In this document: positions 9,222 to 19,431 of the stretch, piece after piece
Layout of the letters: each line of letters opens with the position of its first letter
Position numbering within the stretch: the first letter of the stretch is position 1
Source of the DNA: Escherichia coli
GTDB lineage: Bacteria > Pseudomonadota > Gammaproteobacteria > Enterobacterales > Enterobacteriaceae
Strand: one strand, 5' to 3'
Assembly: GCF_046105845.1 (NCBI RefSeq)
Contig: NZ_CP151004.1
DNA: 64,000 nucleotides
Translations under genes and position numbers: made by a program
The notes under the pieces: model-generated
What the model saw: only the letters and a program-made list of their open reading frames with translations
Databases searched by the model: none
Told to the model about the DNA's origin: nothing

Positions 9222-11666
9222 ATGATGATTTTGAGTATTCTCGCTACGGTTGTCCTGCTCGGCGCGTTGTTCTATCACCGCGTGAGCTTATTTATCAGCA
9301 GTCTGATTTTGCTCGCCTGGACAGCCGCCCTCGGCGTTGCTGGTCTGTGGTCGGCGTGGGTACTGGTGCCTCTGGCCATTATCCTCGTGCCATTTAACTT
9401 TGCGCCTATGCGTAAGTCGATGATTTCCGCGCCGGTATTTCGCGGTTTCCGTAAGGTAATGCCGCCGATGTCGCGCACTGAGAAAGAAGCGATTGATGCG
9501 GGCACCACCTGGTGGGAGGGCGACTTGTTCCAGGGCAAGCCGGACTGGAAAAAGCTGCATAACTATCCGCAGCCGCGCCTGACCGCAGAAGAGCAAGCGT
9601 TTCTCGACGGCCCGGTAGAAGAAGCCTGCCGGATGGCGAATGATTTCCAGATTACTCATGAGATGGCTGATTTGCCGCCGGAGTTGTGGGCGTACCTTAA
9701 AGAGCATCGTTTCTTCGCGATGATCATCAAAAAAGAGTACGGCGGGCTGGAGTTCTCGGCTTATGCCCAATCTCGTGTGCTGCAAAAACTCTCCGGCGTG
9801 AGCGGGATCCTGGCAATTACCGTCGGCGTGCCGAACTCATTAGGCCCGGGCGAGCTACTGCAACATTACGGCACTGATGAGCAGAAAGATCACTATCTGC
9901 CACGTCTGGCGCGTGGTCAGGAGATCCCTTGCTTTGCACTGACCAGCCCGGAAGCGGGTTCCGATGCGGGCGCGATTCCGGACACCGGGATTGTCTGCAT
10001 GGGCGAATGGCAGGGCCAGCAGGTGCTGGGGATGCGTCTGACCTGGAACAAGCGTTACATTACGCTGGCACCGATTGCGACTGTGCTTGGCCTGGCATTT
10101 AAACTCTCCGACCCGGAAAAACTGCTGGGTGGCGCAGAAGATTTAGGTATTACCTGTGCGCTGATCCCGACTACCACGCCGGGCGTGGAAATTGGTCGTC
10201 GCCACTTCCCGCTGAACGTACCGTTCCAGAACGGACCGACGCGAGGTAAAGATGTGTTCGTGCCGATCGATTACATCATCGGCGGGCCGAAAATGGCCGG
10301 GCAAGGCTGGCGGATGCTGGTGGAGTGCCTCTCGGTAGGCCGCGGCATCACCCTGCCTTCCAACTCAACCGGCGGCGTGAAATCGGTAGCGCTGGCAACG
10401 GGTGCGTATGCGCACATCCGCCGTCAGTTCAAAATCTCTATTGGTAAGATGGAAGGGATTGAAGAGCCGCTGGCGCGTATTGCCGGAAACGCTTATGTAA
10501 TGGATGCTGCGGCATCGCTGATTACCTACGGCATTATGCTCGGTGAAAAACCTGCCGTGCTGTCGGCTATCGTTAAGTATCACTGTACCCACCGTGGGCA
10601 GCAGTCGATTATTGATGCGATGGATATCACTGGTGGCAAAGGCATTATGCTCGGGCAGAGCAACTTCCTGGCCCGTGCTTACCAGGGCGCACCGATTGCC
10701 ATCACCGTTGAAGGGGCTAACATTCTGACCCGCAGCATGATGATCTTCGGACAAGGAGCGATTCGTTGCCATCCGTACGTGCTGGAAGAGATGGAAGCGG
10801 CGAAGAACAATGACGTCAACGCGTTCGATAAACTCCTGTTTAAACATATCGGTCACGTCGGTAGCAACAAAGTTCGCAGCTTCTGGCTGGGCCTGACGCG
10901 CGGTTTAACCAGCAGCACGCCAACCGGCGATGCCACTAAACGCTACTATCAGCACCTGAACCGCCTGAGCGCCAACCTCGCCCTGCTTTCTGATGTCTCG
11001 ATGGCTGTGCTGGGCGGCAGCCTGAAACGTCGTGAGCGTATCTCGGCACGTCTGGGGGATATTTTAAGCCAGCTTTACCTCGCCTCTGCCGTTCTGAAGC
11101 GTTATGACGACGAAGGCCGTAATGAAGCCGACCTGCCGCTGGTGCACTGGGGCGTACAGGATGCGCTGTATCAGGCTGAACAGGCGATGGATGATTTACT
11201 GCAAAACTTCCCGAACCGCGTGGTTGCCGGGCTGCTGAATGTGGTGATCTTCCCGACCGGACGTCATTATCTGGCACCTTCTGACAAGCTGGATCATAAG
11301 GTGGCGAAGATTTTACAAGTGCCGAACGCCACCCGTTCACGTATTGGTCGCGGTCAGTACCTGACGCCGAGCGAGCATAACCCGGTTGGTTTACTGGAAG
11401 AGGCGCTGGTGGATGTGATTGCCGCCGACCCAATTCATCAGCGGATCTGTAAAGAGCTGGGTAAAAACCTGCCGTTTACCCGTCTGGATGAACTGGCGCA
11501 CAACGCGCTGGCGAAGGGGCTGATTGATAAAGATGAAGCCGCTATGCTGGTGAAAGCTGAAGAAAGCCGTCTGCGCAGTATTAACGTTGATGACTTTGAT
11601 CCGGAAGAGCTGGCGACGAAGCCGGTAAAGTTGCCGGAGAAAGTGCGGAAAGTTGAAGCCGCGTAA
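9222..11666 (+). CDS. fadE: Acyl-CoA dehydrogenase FadE
   Basis: 814 aa from [22 protein letters not shown] (aagggg Shine-Dalgarno upstream); the ORF track begins 26 codons earlier. Confidence 0.92.
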   Translation: MMILSILATVVLLGALFYHRVSLFISSLILLAWTAALGVAGLWSAWVLVPLAIILVPFNFAPMRKSMISAPVFRGFRKVMPPMSRTEKEAIDAGTTWWEGDLFQGKPDWKKLHNYPQPRLTAEEQAFLDGPVEEACRMANDFQITHEMADLPPELWAYLKEHRFFAMIIKKEYGGLEFSAYAQSRVLQKLSGVSGILAITVGVPNSLGPGELLQHYGTDEQKDHYLPRLARGQEIPCFALTSPEAGSDAGAIPDTGIVCMGEWQGQQVLGMRLTWNKRYITLAPIATVLGLAFKLSDPEKLLGGAEDLGITCALIPTTTPGVEIGRRHFPLNVPFQNGPTRGKDVFVPIDYIIGGPKMAGQGWRMLVECLSVGRGITLPSNSTGGVKSVALATGAYAHIRRQFKISIGKMEGIEEPLARIAGNAYVMDAAASLITYGIMLGEKPAVLSAIVKYHCTHRGQQSIIDAMDITGGKGIMLGQSNFLARAYQGAPIAITVEGANILTRSMMIFGQGAIRCHPYVLEEMEAAKNNDVNAFDKLLFKHIGHVGSNKVRSFWLGLTRGLTSSTPTGDATKRYYQHLNRLSANLALLSDVSMAVLGGSLKRRERISARLGDILSQLYLASAVLKRYDDEGRNEADLPLVHWGVQDALYQAEQAMDDLLQNFPNRVVAGLLNVVIFPTGRHYLAPSDKLDHKVAKILQVPNATRSRIGRGQYLTPSEHNPVGLLEEALVDVIAADPIHQRICKELGKNLPFTRLDELAHNALAKGLIDKDEAAMLVKAEESRLRSINVDDFDPEELATKPVKLPEKVRKVEAA

Positions 11667-11674
11667 TTGAATAA

Positions 11675-11699
11675 CGGAGCCGAAAGGCTCCGTTTCTTT
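11675..11699 (+). terminator. Rho-independent terminator after fadE
   Basis: cggagcc-gaaa-ggctccg hairpin followed by tttcttt. Confidence 0.6.
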
Positions 11700-11708
11700 A
11701 TCCGCTAA

Positions 11709-12182
11709 TTATTTAAAATTAAAGCCATCCGGATGGTTTTCCAGGCTGCCGGTCAACGCCGCGAACAGCACCGTTTTACCATCAATCGAAAGCGCATCGT
11801 TCACATTCAACCAGGTGAGTTTCTCTTGCGACGTTTTCTCATCAATGGTCGAGAACAGCCCCGTCATCTGATTAGATTTCTCGGACCACATCACAGCGAT
11901 ACGTTGCGAGCCACAGTCATGCGGTTTGCACGCGCTCATCACCTGATACGTCTCATCTCCCAATGTCACGGTTTGTGCAGGGGTATAAGTCCCGCCTTTC
12001 ATCACCCAAGCAGGCAGCTTATGCCCTTGCACCATCTGATTAAACGCAGCTTTGGTGGTTTCGCCCTTTGCAAGGCTGCTAATGGTTAAATCATCCTGCG
12101 CCATTGCACTGGTGGCGATGACCAGAGCGGCGACTGTCGTTATTGCCTTAAACATCATTCCTCCCGAGCTTATCCTGCCCAT
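11709..12182 (-). CDS. ivy: Inhibitor of vertebrate C-type lysozyme (Ivy)
   Basis: 157 aa ORF with signal peptide and the CKPHDCG motif. Confidence 0.9.
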   Translation of the reverse strand: MGRISSGGMMFKAITTVAALVIATSAMAQDDLTISSLAKGETTKAAFNQMVQGHKLPAWVMKGGTYTPAQTVTLGDETYQVMSACKPHDCGSQRIAVMWSEKSNQMTGLFSTIDEKTSQEKLTWLNVNDALSIDGKTVLFAALTGSLENHPDGFNFK

Positions 12183-12335
12183 GTTATTAACCTCCTAAAG
12201 CCTGGCGATAACACGATAATTTGCAAATCAGATATTTCCAATATCAGCATTTGTTATCAATTTATTCTGCGCTAAGGCAACTGCCTGATAAGGTGTTAGA
12301 GTTATAAAACCCTTCGCATAAAGGAGTTGTACACC

Positions 12336-13106
12336 GTGCCTGGTTTGAAGATTACGCTTTTACAGCAACCACTGGTGTGGATGGATGGTCCTGCCAACCT
12401 GCGTCATTTTGATCGTCAACTGGAAGGCATTACCGGGCGCGATGTGATCGTTCTACCGGAGATGTTTACCAGCGGCTTTGCCATGGAAGCGGCAGCTGCG
12501 TCGCTAGCACAAGATGACGTAGTGAACTGGATGACAGCCAAAGCGCAGCAGTGCAATGCGCTGATTGCAGGCAGTGTTGCATTACAAACGGAGTCTGGTT
12601 CGGTTAACCGCTTTTTGCTGGTTGAGCCGGGCGGCACGGTACATTTTTATGATAAGCGTCATCTGTTCCGCATGGCAGATGAGCATCTGCATTATAAAGC
12701 GGGCAATGCGCGAGTGATTGTGGAATGGCGCGGCTGGCGTATTTTGCCGCTGGTGTGCTACGACTTACGTTTTCCGGTGTGGTCGCGCAATCTCAACGAT
12801 TACGACCTCGCCCTGTACGTCGCCAACTGGCCTGCTCCGCGCTCTCTGCACTGGCAGGCATTGCTGACGGCCCGCGCGATTGAGAATCAAGCGTATGTGG
12901 CGGGATGCAATCGCGTCGGCAGCGATGGCAACGGCTGCCATTATCGCGGTGACAGCCGGGTGATTAATCCACAGGGCGAGATTATCGCCACCGCCGACGC
13001 GCATCAGGCAACGCGCATTGATGCGGAGCTGTCGATGGTGGCGTTGCGGGAGTATAGAGAAAAGTTTCCGGCATGGCGGGATGCGGATGAGTTTAGGTTG
13101 TGGTGA
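12336..13106 (+). CDS. yafV: Nitrilase-superfamily omega-amidase YafV
   Basis: Likely GTG start at 12336 (aaggag Shine-Dalgarno at 12321-12326) giving (M)PGLKITLLQQ...; carbon-nitrogen hydrolase fold. Confidence 0.85.
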   Translation: MPGLKITLLQQPLVWMDGPANLRHFDRQLEGITGRDVIVLPEMFTSGFAMEAAAASLAQDDVVNWMTAKAQQCNALIAGSVALQTESGSVNRFLLVEPGGTVHFYDKRHLFRMADEHLHYKAGNARVIVEWRGWRILPLVCYDLRFPVWSRNLNDYDLALYVANWPAPRSLHWQALLTARAIENQAYVAGCNRVGSDGNGCHYRGDSRVINPQGEIIATADAHQATRIDAELSMVALREYREKFPAWRDADEFRLW

Positions 13107-13162
13107 GTGGGTGTTGTGTTTAGGGCCGGGGAGAGTCGGGGTATGACTACGAAAGCCCCTAA

Positions 13163-13702
13163 CTTAAACACGATATTACGCCAGAAGTCACCATTTCCAA
13201 AACACAACGCCGTTGTACCGTGGGATATCTGCCCAACAGCAGCGACACGCCGGTGATCAAAATCAGCGCCAAATGGCTGAGAGAAGCGGGATTTGAGATC
13301 GGCACGGGCGTTACCGTGAAGATCCCGGAAGGTTGCCTGATCCTGCTTGCGGATAACAACGAAGTACAGGAACTGAGGAAGGAACTTTATAAGGTTAAAC
13401 AGGCTGTCTTCAATATAGAACCGGAGCGATTACGCCAGTCAGGATCTGACTTTAGTTGCCTTCTCTTTATTCTCATCATGGCTATTTGTTCTGCGGGATC
13501 AAGCTTTCCCTTTGCTATTCTCGCCTTCATATATTCAATTTGTTTCTCCAGATATGAAATCCCTGCCAGTGCGATGTGCTTCGGTATGTTCCATTTTTCA
13601 CGATATTCGTCAGCGCGTATTCCATGCACAAACCAGATATGGCGCGGTAAAAAAATGAGCAACTTGCCACACTCCAGACAGGGTATTTTTTCCCGCTTAT
13701 GA
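13163..13702 (+). CDS. SymE-family (type I toxin-like) ORF, possibly degenerate
   Basis: Residues TVGYLPNSSDTPVIKISAKWLREAGFEIGTGVTVKIPEGCLILLA align with E. coli SymE; no ATG (track start at 13220 is GTG; in-frame stop at 13160); the 3' ~250 nt lacks a stop only because it runs antisense to the MucR-like gene. Confidence 0.35.
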   Translation, partial: LKHDITPEVTISKTQRRCTVGYLPNSSDTPVIKISAKWLREAGFEIGTGVTVKIPEGCLILLADNNEVQELRKELYKVKQAVFNIEPERLRQSGSDFSCLLFILIMAICSAGSSFPFAILAFIYSICFSRYEIPASAMCFGMFHFSRYSSARIPCTNQIWRGKKMSNLPHSRQGIFSRL

Positions 13703-13758
13703 TATGCCAGAACCTCTTCACGCGTTTCGAATGGCCTGTTCCTCTCTTTTTTGTACAC
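13387..13758 (-). CDS. Ros/MucR-family zinc-finger DNA-binding protein (short form lacking the usual N-terminal domain)
   Basis: 123 aa ORF with CLECGKLLIFLPRHIWFVHGIRADEYREKWNIP, close to the Ros/MucR signature. Confidence 0.6.
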   Translation of the reverse strand: MYKKERNRPFETREEVLAYHKREKIPCLECGKLLIFLPRHIWFVHGIRADEYREKWNIPKHIALAGISYLEKQIEYMKARIAKGKLDPAEQIAMMRIKRRQLKSDPDWRNRSGSILKTACLTL

Positions 13759-13822
13759 AAAGACTCCTTTTAAAAAATGGCAAGGTCACATATCCCTTAT
13801 TGGTACATAAATCCCCCGACGT

Positions 13823-15199
13823 TTACTGACTTTGTTCCACCTTCGTATCCAGTAAAATTACATAGCGATTCAGCAACTGATTTAACCGGGTATCTATCTG
13901 CGTCAACAGCGTCGGCGAAACCTCTCCGGTCTGTTTTTGCTCTTCCAGTTGCCGAAGCAGTTCTTCCAGCGGCGGCTCCTTTAACGACTGCCGGATGCCG
14001 TACACCGCCGTTTTTAGTTCCGAGCCGGTCAGATATCTCCCCTTACGCTCATCCAGTGCATCCAGCTGCGCCGACAGGCGCTGTAGCTGGCTTTGCGCCT
14101 GTGCGTAGCCATTCAATGCCTCAGCAGACATGGCGCTCAGCTCCCGCTGCTTACGCCACTGCGCGTTCAGCGCCCTGACCTGAGGATTATCCGGCCACAG
14201 GGCATCAAGCTGGCGTAGCTGGCGATATCCCTGCTCCAGCGGCCAGCGGGCAGGCAATTTGTTTAACTGCTCCAGCTGCATCTGACTTGCCGCAATTGTT
14301 CTGTCCTGAGCCAGCAGCGCCTTATCCTTTACATCCAGCTTTGCCAGTTCGCCGCTCTCCAGCGACTGCGGCAACGGCATGACAGACAGTTGTATTCGCT
14401 GGATTAGCGCGTCCGGCTGATTAAGCTGCGACCAGCCCCATAATCCTGTTCCGCCGAGACAGGCCATCACAACCATTCCGGCCATAAATATCGGCCATGC
14501 CCGCTGCCGGGAGATTTCAGGGGATGGCACGGATGGACTGGCATCCTTATCGTTTTGCTGAGCGGGTCTGGTTGCAAAAACCGGCTGTGGACTTTCTTCT
14601 GACTTTTTCGGTTGCTTCATTTCCTTGCGGGGTAATTCAGGGGGAGTGATAGTGGTTTCCGCTCCCTGTGGTGCCAGCCGCTCCAGACGTAGCGCCGCAT
14701 TACGAAACTGCCCGGCCAGCACATCCAGTTTCGTCATATGCCACAGTTCACACTGTTGCAGCGTGGTTTCGATGGCGGAAAGATGCTGTACACAACGGTA
14801 AATCTGCGGCAGATCCTGATACTGAATATCCAGCGTTCTCAGTGCCTGCTGCATTTTTTCTGTGACCCAGCTGAGCAGTGATATTCTGGAATGTACCTGT
14901 ACCGGCCAGAAGTCGGCCCATCGCTGGAGCAGTATGTCCAGTGAACCGAGTCCGTCTGCCATCCCTGCCAGCCCCTGCCGTCTGGTTATCGCCAGTACGT
15001 AACAGACCAGCGTCTGTAATTCCACGCCATTTTGCCGGAACAGCGCGAGGCTGAGTTTTTCCACCTGACGCCAGTCCACATCCGGTCGGGCCGGGTGAGT
15101 CAGTTTACTCATTTCAGCCTGCAGTTCACCGGATTCCTTATAAGTACAGGGATCGCCGCCCATGACGAACTGGCTGATAAAATTCGCGTTACTTGCCAT
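13823..15199 (-). CDS. tagA: T6SS accessory protein with ImpA-like N-terminal domain (TagA-like)
   Basis: 458 aa; TssA/ImpA-like N-terminus, central hydrophobic segment (AWPIFMAGMVVMACLGGTGLWGW), coiled-coil C-terminus; last gene of the T6SS cluster. Confidence 0.55.
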   Translation of the reverse strand: MASNANFISQFVMGGDPCTYKESGELQAEMSKLTHPARPDVDWRQVEKLSLALFRQNGVELQTLVCYVLAITRRQGLAGMADGLGSLDILLQRWADFWPVQVHSRISLLSWVTEKMQQALRTLDIQYQDLPQIYRCVQHLSAIETTLQQCELWHMTKLDVLAGQFRNAALRLERLAPQGAETTITPPELPRKEMKQPKKSEESPQPVFATRPAQQNDKDASPSVPSPEISRQRAWPIFMAGMVVMACLGGTGLWGWSQLNQPDALIQRIQLSVMPLPQSLESGELAKLDVKDKALLAQDRTIAASQMQLEQLNKLPARWPLEQGYRQLRQLDALWPDNPQVRALNAQWRKQRELSAMSAEALNGYAQAQSQLQRLSAQLDALDERKGRYLTGSELKTAVYGIRQSLKEPPLEELLRQLEEQKQTGEVSPTLLTQIDTRLNQLLNRYVILLDTKVEQSQ

Positions 15200-15627
15200 C
15201 AGTACGCCCGCTCCTGCTGTTTGAGATGACGCAGAACAATTCGTCCTTCCGGAGAAAATACGCCATCAAAGCGTATCCAGCCGGTATCGGGAAGCTGCGC
15301 GTGGATCAGGTAATTAAGATGCCCCGGACGGGGCTGGGGGAGTAACTCCACCTGTATCTGACTCAGGCGTGGTTCATAACGCAGCAGCGTTTCTTCAATC
15401 TGACGCATCAGGCCATGAATACCCGCAGCCATCCCCTGATGGATCAGACTGAGATCCGGCAGACCGTAATCCGGCAAATGCGCCAGCGTGCCTGCCCGAC
15501 AGTTGATAATGCGTTGCATATTGTCCATCACGGAAAGGATAAGCTGATCCCGCTCGCTGACCTGTTCCAGTGGTAACTCGCCGCTGAAACTGAACGTCAG
15601 CATTTCATATAAGGAAGGTGTCGACAT
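15199..15627 (-). CDS. tssE: T6SS baseplate subunit TssE (gp25-like)
   Basis: 142 aa; size and sequence typical of TssE; within the T6SS gene run. Confidence 0.85.
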   Translation of the reverse strand: MSTPSLYEMLTFSFSGELPLEQVSERDQLILSVMDNMQRIINCRAGTLAHLPDYGLPDLSLIHQGMAAGIHGLMRQIEETLLRYEPRLSQIQVELLPQPRPGHLNYLIHAQLPDTGWIRFDGVFSPEGRIVLRHLKQQERAY

Positions 15628-15630
15628 CGG

Positions 15631-16167
15631 TTATTTATCCTTGAGAGGCAGCAGTCGCAGGTCGCTTCTCATCAGTTCAATCGAGCGCGGCTTGTCGGCC
15701 TCCAGTTCGTCCCTTTTGATCACCAGACGCCAGCTGTCGCTTTTTTCATCAGGGTGATAAAACTGCCCGATAATGGCGACAAACTGCGTCTCTTTATCCA
15801 GCGGCTCATTCAGGGATGCCGTGCCTTCCGGTTTTACCCAGACGGTGTGTTTTGCCAGTACGTCCTTCTCCAGCGTCTTCTCTTCCTGCATAAACAGGGT
15901 GTCATAATCCGCCTTGTCAAAATCTTCGCGGGTTTTCAGTTGCCAGACATGCACCATCGTGGAAAGCGGCGTATCTTCCGCATCCGTATTCAGGGCACTT
16001 CGGGAGAAGAAATCGAGATGCAGTATTTTGATTTGCTTGTAGAAAACGGCTGAGGCCACGCTTTTCGATTCATCCACCACTTTCTGAATCAGCCCGCAGC
16101 CACTCAGAACAACCGTCAGCATCGCCATACAGAGCAGCGCCGGACGTTTAAAACGAATAGGAAACAT
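15631..16167 (-). CDS. tssJ: T6SS outer-membrane lipoprotein TssJ
   Basis: 178 aa with lipoprotein signal (LTVVLSGCG); size and context of TssJ/SciN. Confidence 0.8.
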   Translation of the reverse strand: MFPIRFKRPALLCMAMLTVVLSGCGLIQKVVDESKSVASAVFYKQIKILHLDFFSRSALNTDAEDTPLSTMVHVWQLKTREDFDKADYDTLFMQEEKTLEKDVLAKHTVWVKPEGTASLNEPLDKETQFVAIIGQFYHPDEKSDSWRLVIKRDELEADKPRSIELMRSDLRLLPLKDK

Positions 16168-17236
16168 GAGTCATACACTCCCTGTTACGAATGGATAAAG
16201 CGGGTATTAATCCCTGATAACGCCCCAGACTGACCGTCACTGTTCCGGTCGCGGGCGCGGCAAAGGAGGCGCGAAGGATGCCGGTACGGCTAATCTGTAC
16301 GCGCTGTTTTCCCAGCCGGGCAGCAGGCAACAGGCTGACGGGCAGTGTCAGTTGCAGACGGGCCTGACAGCGCCAGCCCAGATAAACGCGCAGCAGTACC
16401 AGCAAATCGCTGTGCAGCTGTCCGCCAGGCAGCCAGCCACGCGCTTCTGCGGCATCTTCGGTATACAGTTTCAGCAGCAACTGGCTGTTGACGTCGGTGC
16501 CGGTACGCCCCAGCAGCGTTCGCGTTTTCAGGCTGATGCGTGAATTTTTTGACAGACCCGCAGGGGCCGGGAGAATAACAGGCTGCGGATCATGAGGCAC
16601 CACCGTCGCTTTCGTCAGCGGGGCAAGCAGTCCCACCAGTGCCGTAACGCCTTCCGCCGTGCGCGTCGGCAGGCGCATCACGCTGAGCAGGGCCAGAAAA
16701 CGGGATACCGGCGTGGCGATATGGTTCTCGCTGCCGGGAATACCCAGCCCGATGAGTCCCAGCAGACAACGGGAAATGTCATCCACAGCACCTGCTTCAA
16801 ACGACGCCGGGTAGTTATATTTGCGCCAGATGCGGTAATACTGGGTGATAAAGCGGTGGTTAAAAATATCGAGAAACGCCATCACTGCGTCATGTCCGTC
16901 ATGACGCTGGGTAATGTAGTCCAGATAGGCGGTTGGCAGCGGCGAATCCACGCCGTACAGGCCGAAAAAGGTGGTGCGCACCGTGGGTGGTGCGTCGGGA
17001 TTGTCCACGTCACGTTCAACGTTCTTTAACTCGCTGACCGGAAAGCCCATTCCGGGATGGGGACGAAAGCGCACCGCATCGGCGGCGGGGCTGTCGGTAC
17101 TGCCCAGCGGCGCTTTCTGTTGGCTCTGTTCCAGCAACTGGCAAAAACGGTAAAAATTGATCCGCGCAATATCCGGGGCCAGCCGGTCGGTCAGCCCGGT
17201 ACGCGCTGGCTGTGATGCTCTGTCCATTGCAGGCAC
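16148..17236 (-). CDS. tssG: T6SS baseplate subunit TssG
   Basis: 362 aa ORF overlapping the tssF stop; TssG-like sequence. Confidence 0.85.
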   Translation of the reverse strand: MPAMDRASQPARTGLTDRLAPDIARINFYRFCQLLEQSQQKAPLGSTDSPAADAVRFRPHPGMGFPVSELKNVERDVDNPDAPPTVRTTFFGLYGVDSPLPTAYLDYITQRHDGHDAVMAFLDIFNHRFITQYYRIWRKYNYPASFEAGAVDDISRCLLGLIGLGIPGSENHIATPVSRFLALLSVMRLPTRTAEGVTALVGLLAPLTKATVVPHDPQPVILPAPAGLSKNSRISLKTRTLLGRTGTDVNSQLLLKLYTEDAAEARGWLPGGQLHSDLLVLLRVYLGWRCQARLQLTLPVSLLPAARLGKQRVQISRTGILRASFAAPATGTVTVSLGRYQGLIPALSIRNRECMTHVSYSF

Positions 17237-18951
17237 TTTCCTGTGGGTTGCAGAATTAAGGTCAGTTGAGTGAATAAGTGGATATCGGCATACAGTGCGA
17301 AGAAGCGGTGCAGCAGTTCACCAAACAGTGTGATATCACCTTCTCCGGCAAAGCCGTTACTGTCCAGCGTTACCTGAATATCCACGCCACGCAGCAGAAA
17401 GCCTCTTTCAAAACGCTGTATCAGGCTGTGCTGAACGTCGACAATCGCCTCCAGACGACGGCGGTTCATCTCGCTTTCGGTCCAGTCGTACAACGCCAGC
17501 GTGCCGCGCACAATTTCGGCGTTATCCATCATCGATAAAAAGTTAGAACCAAGGTGGCTGAGCACCCGCCAGTGGAAGCGGTCACGCGCCGGGGGATAGC
17601 AGGGCTGCGTCGGGGCGCACAGGTTGCGCACCCGCAGGACGTTCTGTGAGGCGTGGACTGGCGTATCGAGTAGCGTGCTCTGTAAAGCTTTACGGGGAAG
17701 CTGCCCGTTAGTGCCGGTCAGACTTAAGGACAGAGTTTCATCCTCCAGCATCCGGTCAGAATCAAACGCATCGCCGCCCAGAATCAGCCAGGTATCATGC
17801 AGGCCGGAAGGGCCGCGCTTAACCCGCGTATGGTAATAACGTTCCGGCGCATCGTGGCGCAGCATCCCGCCCCGGTGACGAAAGCTGGAGAATGGCACAT
17901 ACGCCTGACTGCCGGTATGGCGCGAAGAAATAATGTTGTCGACGGAATAAATCTCGGTATGCCCGTCCTGAATTCGCATCGGGCGCAGCAGAAATTCGTT
18001 TTCCAGTGGCGAAAGGTGTAACGGATCGGCTTCCAGCGGGAACAGGTTGATAACCGGCACGCAGTGCAGGCGGAGATTGTCGGTATTAAACGGCAAATCA
18101 TGAGGCCAGCTTTCCGCCAGCACCACGTCAATCTCAAAGCCGGTTATCCCTTCCGGCCAGATGACGTTCTCCAGCCCGTTGAGTGCCACAAACATAAACT
18201 TCTCGCGGAAGGTGAAATACTCCAGCAGCAACTGGTAGCCGCTGAACGCCGACTCGCCTTTTGGCCAGAGCCTGTCATTATCCTCAAAGCCCAACGGGGA
18301 AAAGTGTGCGTCAAGCGTCCGGCGATCCTGCCCCGGCAGACGCAACCAGAACTGCTGCGTACCAAGCGTTAAAGCCCGGTGCAGCGCACAGGCCACCGGA
18401 CTGTCGGCATTGAGATAGAGCGGCAGGCGGGATAAATCGATCTGTGACCAGTCACCGACCAGCGGGCCGCATTCAAAGCGCAGACGAATAACCGAACGTC
18501 CGTCCGGTTCATATTGCAATGACACGTCCGGCAACGCCAGCGGATGCAGCGTGATATCCCGCGTGGCGCTGTAGAAACAGCGGGTTCTGCGCTCGCCAAC
18601 AGGGCGCGACAATACCTGAAAATCGCTCAGCGTTTCGCTCTGCTTCATCTGCCGGTGATCTGTCGACAGTTCAACCACGGAAAGTGACGGGATAGTTCGC
18701 AGGTAGTGAGGCCACAGCAGGCTGACCAGCCCTTCAGTCAGCTCCGGCAGATCGTCGTCCAGCTTCTCGCGCAGGCGGCCCATTAAAAAAGCAAAGCCTT
18801 CGAACAGGCGTTCCACATAGGGATCGCGTGCGCCGGGTTTATCAAGATTGAGCATCGCGGCGCGGTCGGGGTAAGCCTGCGCAAATTCTTTCCCCGCTTC
18901 ACGCAGGTAGCGCATTTCGGCTTCGTAGTAGCGTTGGGTTAAGTCGTCCAT
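17191..18951 (-). CDS. tssF: T6SS baseplate subunit TssF
   Basis: About 586 aa from MDDLTQRYYEAEMRYLREAGKEFA (Shine-Dalgarno upstream); the ORF track starts 13 codons earlier. Confidence 0.85.
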   Translation of the reverse strand: MDDLTQRYYEAEMRYLREAGKEFAQAYPDRAAMLNLDKPGARDPYVERLFEGFAFLMGRLREKLDDDLPELTEGLVSLLWPHYLRTIPSLSVVELSTDHRQMKQSETLSDFQVLSRPVGERRTRCFYSATRDITLHPLALPDVSLQYEPDGRSVIRLRFECGPLVGDWSQIDLSRLPLYLNADSPVACALHRALTLGTQQFWLRLPGQDRRTLDAHFSPLGFEDNDRLWPKGESAFSGYQLLLEYFTFREKFMFVALNGLENVIWPEGITGFEIDVVLAESWPHDLPFNTDNLRLHCVPVINLFPLEADPLHLSPLENEFLLRPMRIQDGHTEIYSVDNIISSRHTGSQAYVPFSSFRHRGGMLRHDAPERYYHTRVKRGPSGLHDTWLILGGDAFDSDRMLEDETLSLSLTGTNGQLPRKALQSTLLDTPVHASQNVLRVRNLCAPTQPCYPPARDRFHWRVLSHLGSNFLSMMDNAEIVRGTLALYDWTESEMNRRRLEAIVDVQHSLIQRFERGFLLRGVDIQVTLDSNGFAGEGDITLFGELLHRFFALYADIHLFTQLTLILQPTGKCLQWTEHHSQRVPG

Positions 18952-19026
18952 CGGAGGATTTATCTTTCCTTTTATTGAAATTAATACCAACGAGTAGTGA
19001 GATTAGAATTTTTTATTTTCAGAATC

Positions 19027-19431
19027 CTAAGGACATATAGATGGATCATTTATTTCAAAAGAAAAATCGGACTCCATACTAGATGAGGATTTTTTCAATA
19101 AAGAGGAGATATGATATCCAGATAAAGTTTTAGAATTGTTACCATCAGATATCAAAATACTAAGTTCAGAAACAATATTTACAGGGTTTTTATTAAAAAC
19201 ATCTGACTCTCTACCTGTGTAAATAAAGTATACAATTGGCTTCCGCTCTCCGATATCAAGATGAAAATTATCTCTTACTTTACCATCATAATGTGTTGAA
19301 TTATTGACCGTCGAAATGTTAATAGATACTTTGCATGTATTTACCATGACAATGGAACAAGAATAGAATGGTTGAGATAAACATCCAGCACACAGCGTAC
19401 ATAATAAAAAAAAGAATATTAATCTAGTCAT
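19027..19431 (-). CDS. Small lipoprotein, candidate immunity protein for the upstream PAAR toxin
   Basis: 134 aa, lipoprotein signal MTRLIFFFLLCTLCAGC; 8-bp overlap with the PAAR-toxin gene; AT-rich. Confidence 0.5.
   Translation of the reverse strand: MTRLIFFFLLCTLCAGCLSQPFYSCSIVMVNTCKVSINISTVNNSTHYDGKVRDNFHLDIGERKPIVYFIYTGRESDVFNKNPVNIVSELSILISDGNNSKTLSGYHISSLLKKSSSSMESDFSFEINDPSICP

Noticed and set aside
13107-13220. Search for an attR direct repeat of the aspV 3' end at the yafV-proximal island boundary
   Set aside because: No convincing match to the tRNA-Asp 3' sequence was seen by eye, so no att site is annotated; the boundary is placed by gene content only.
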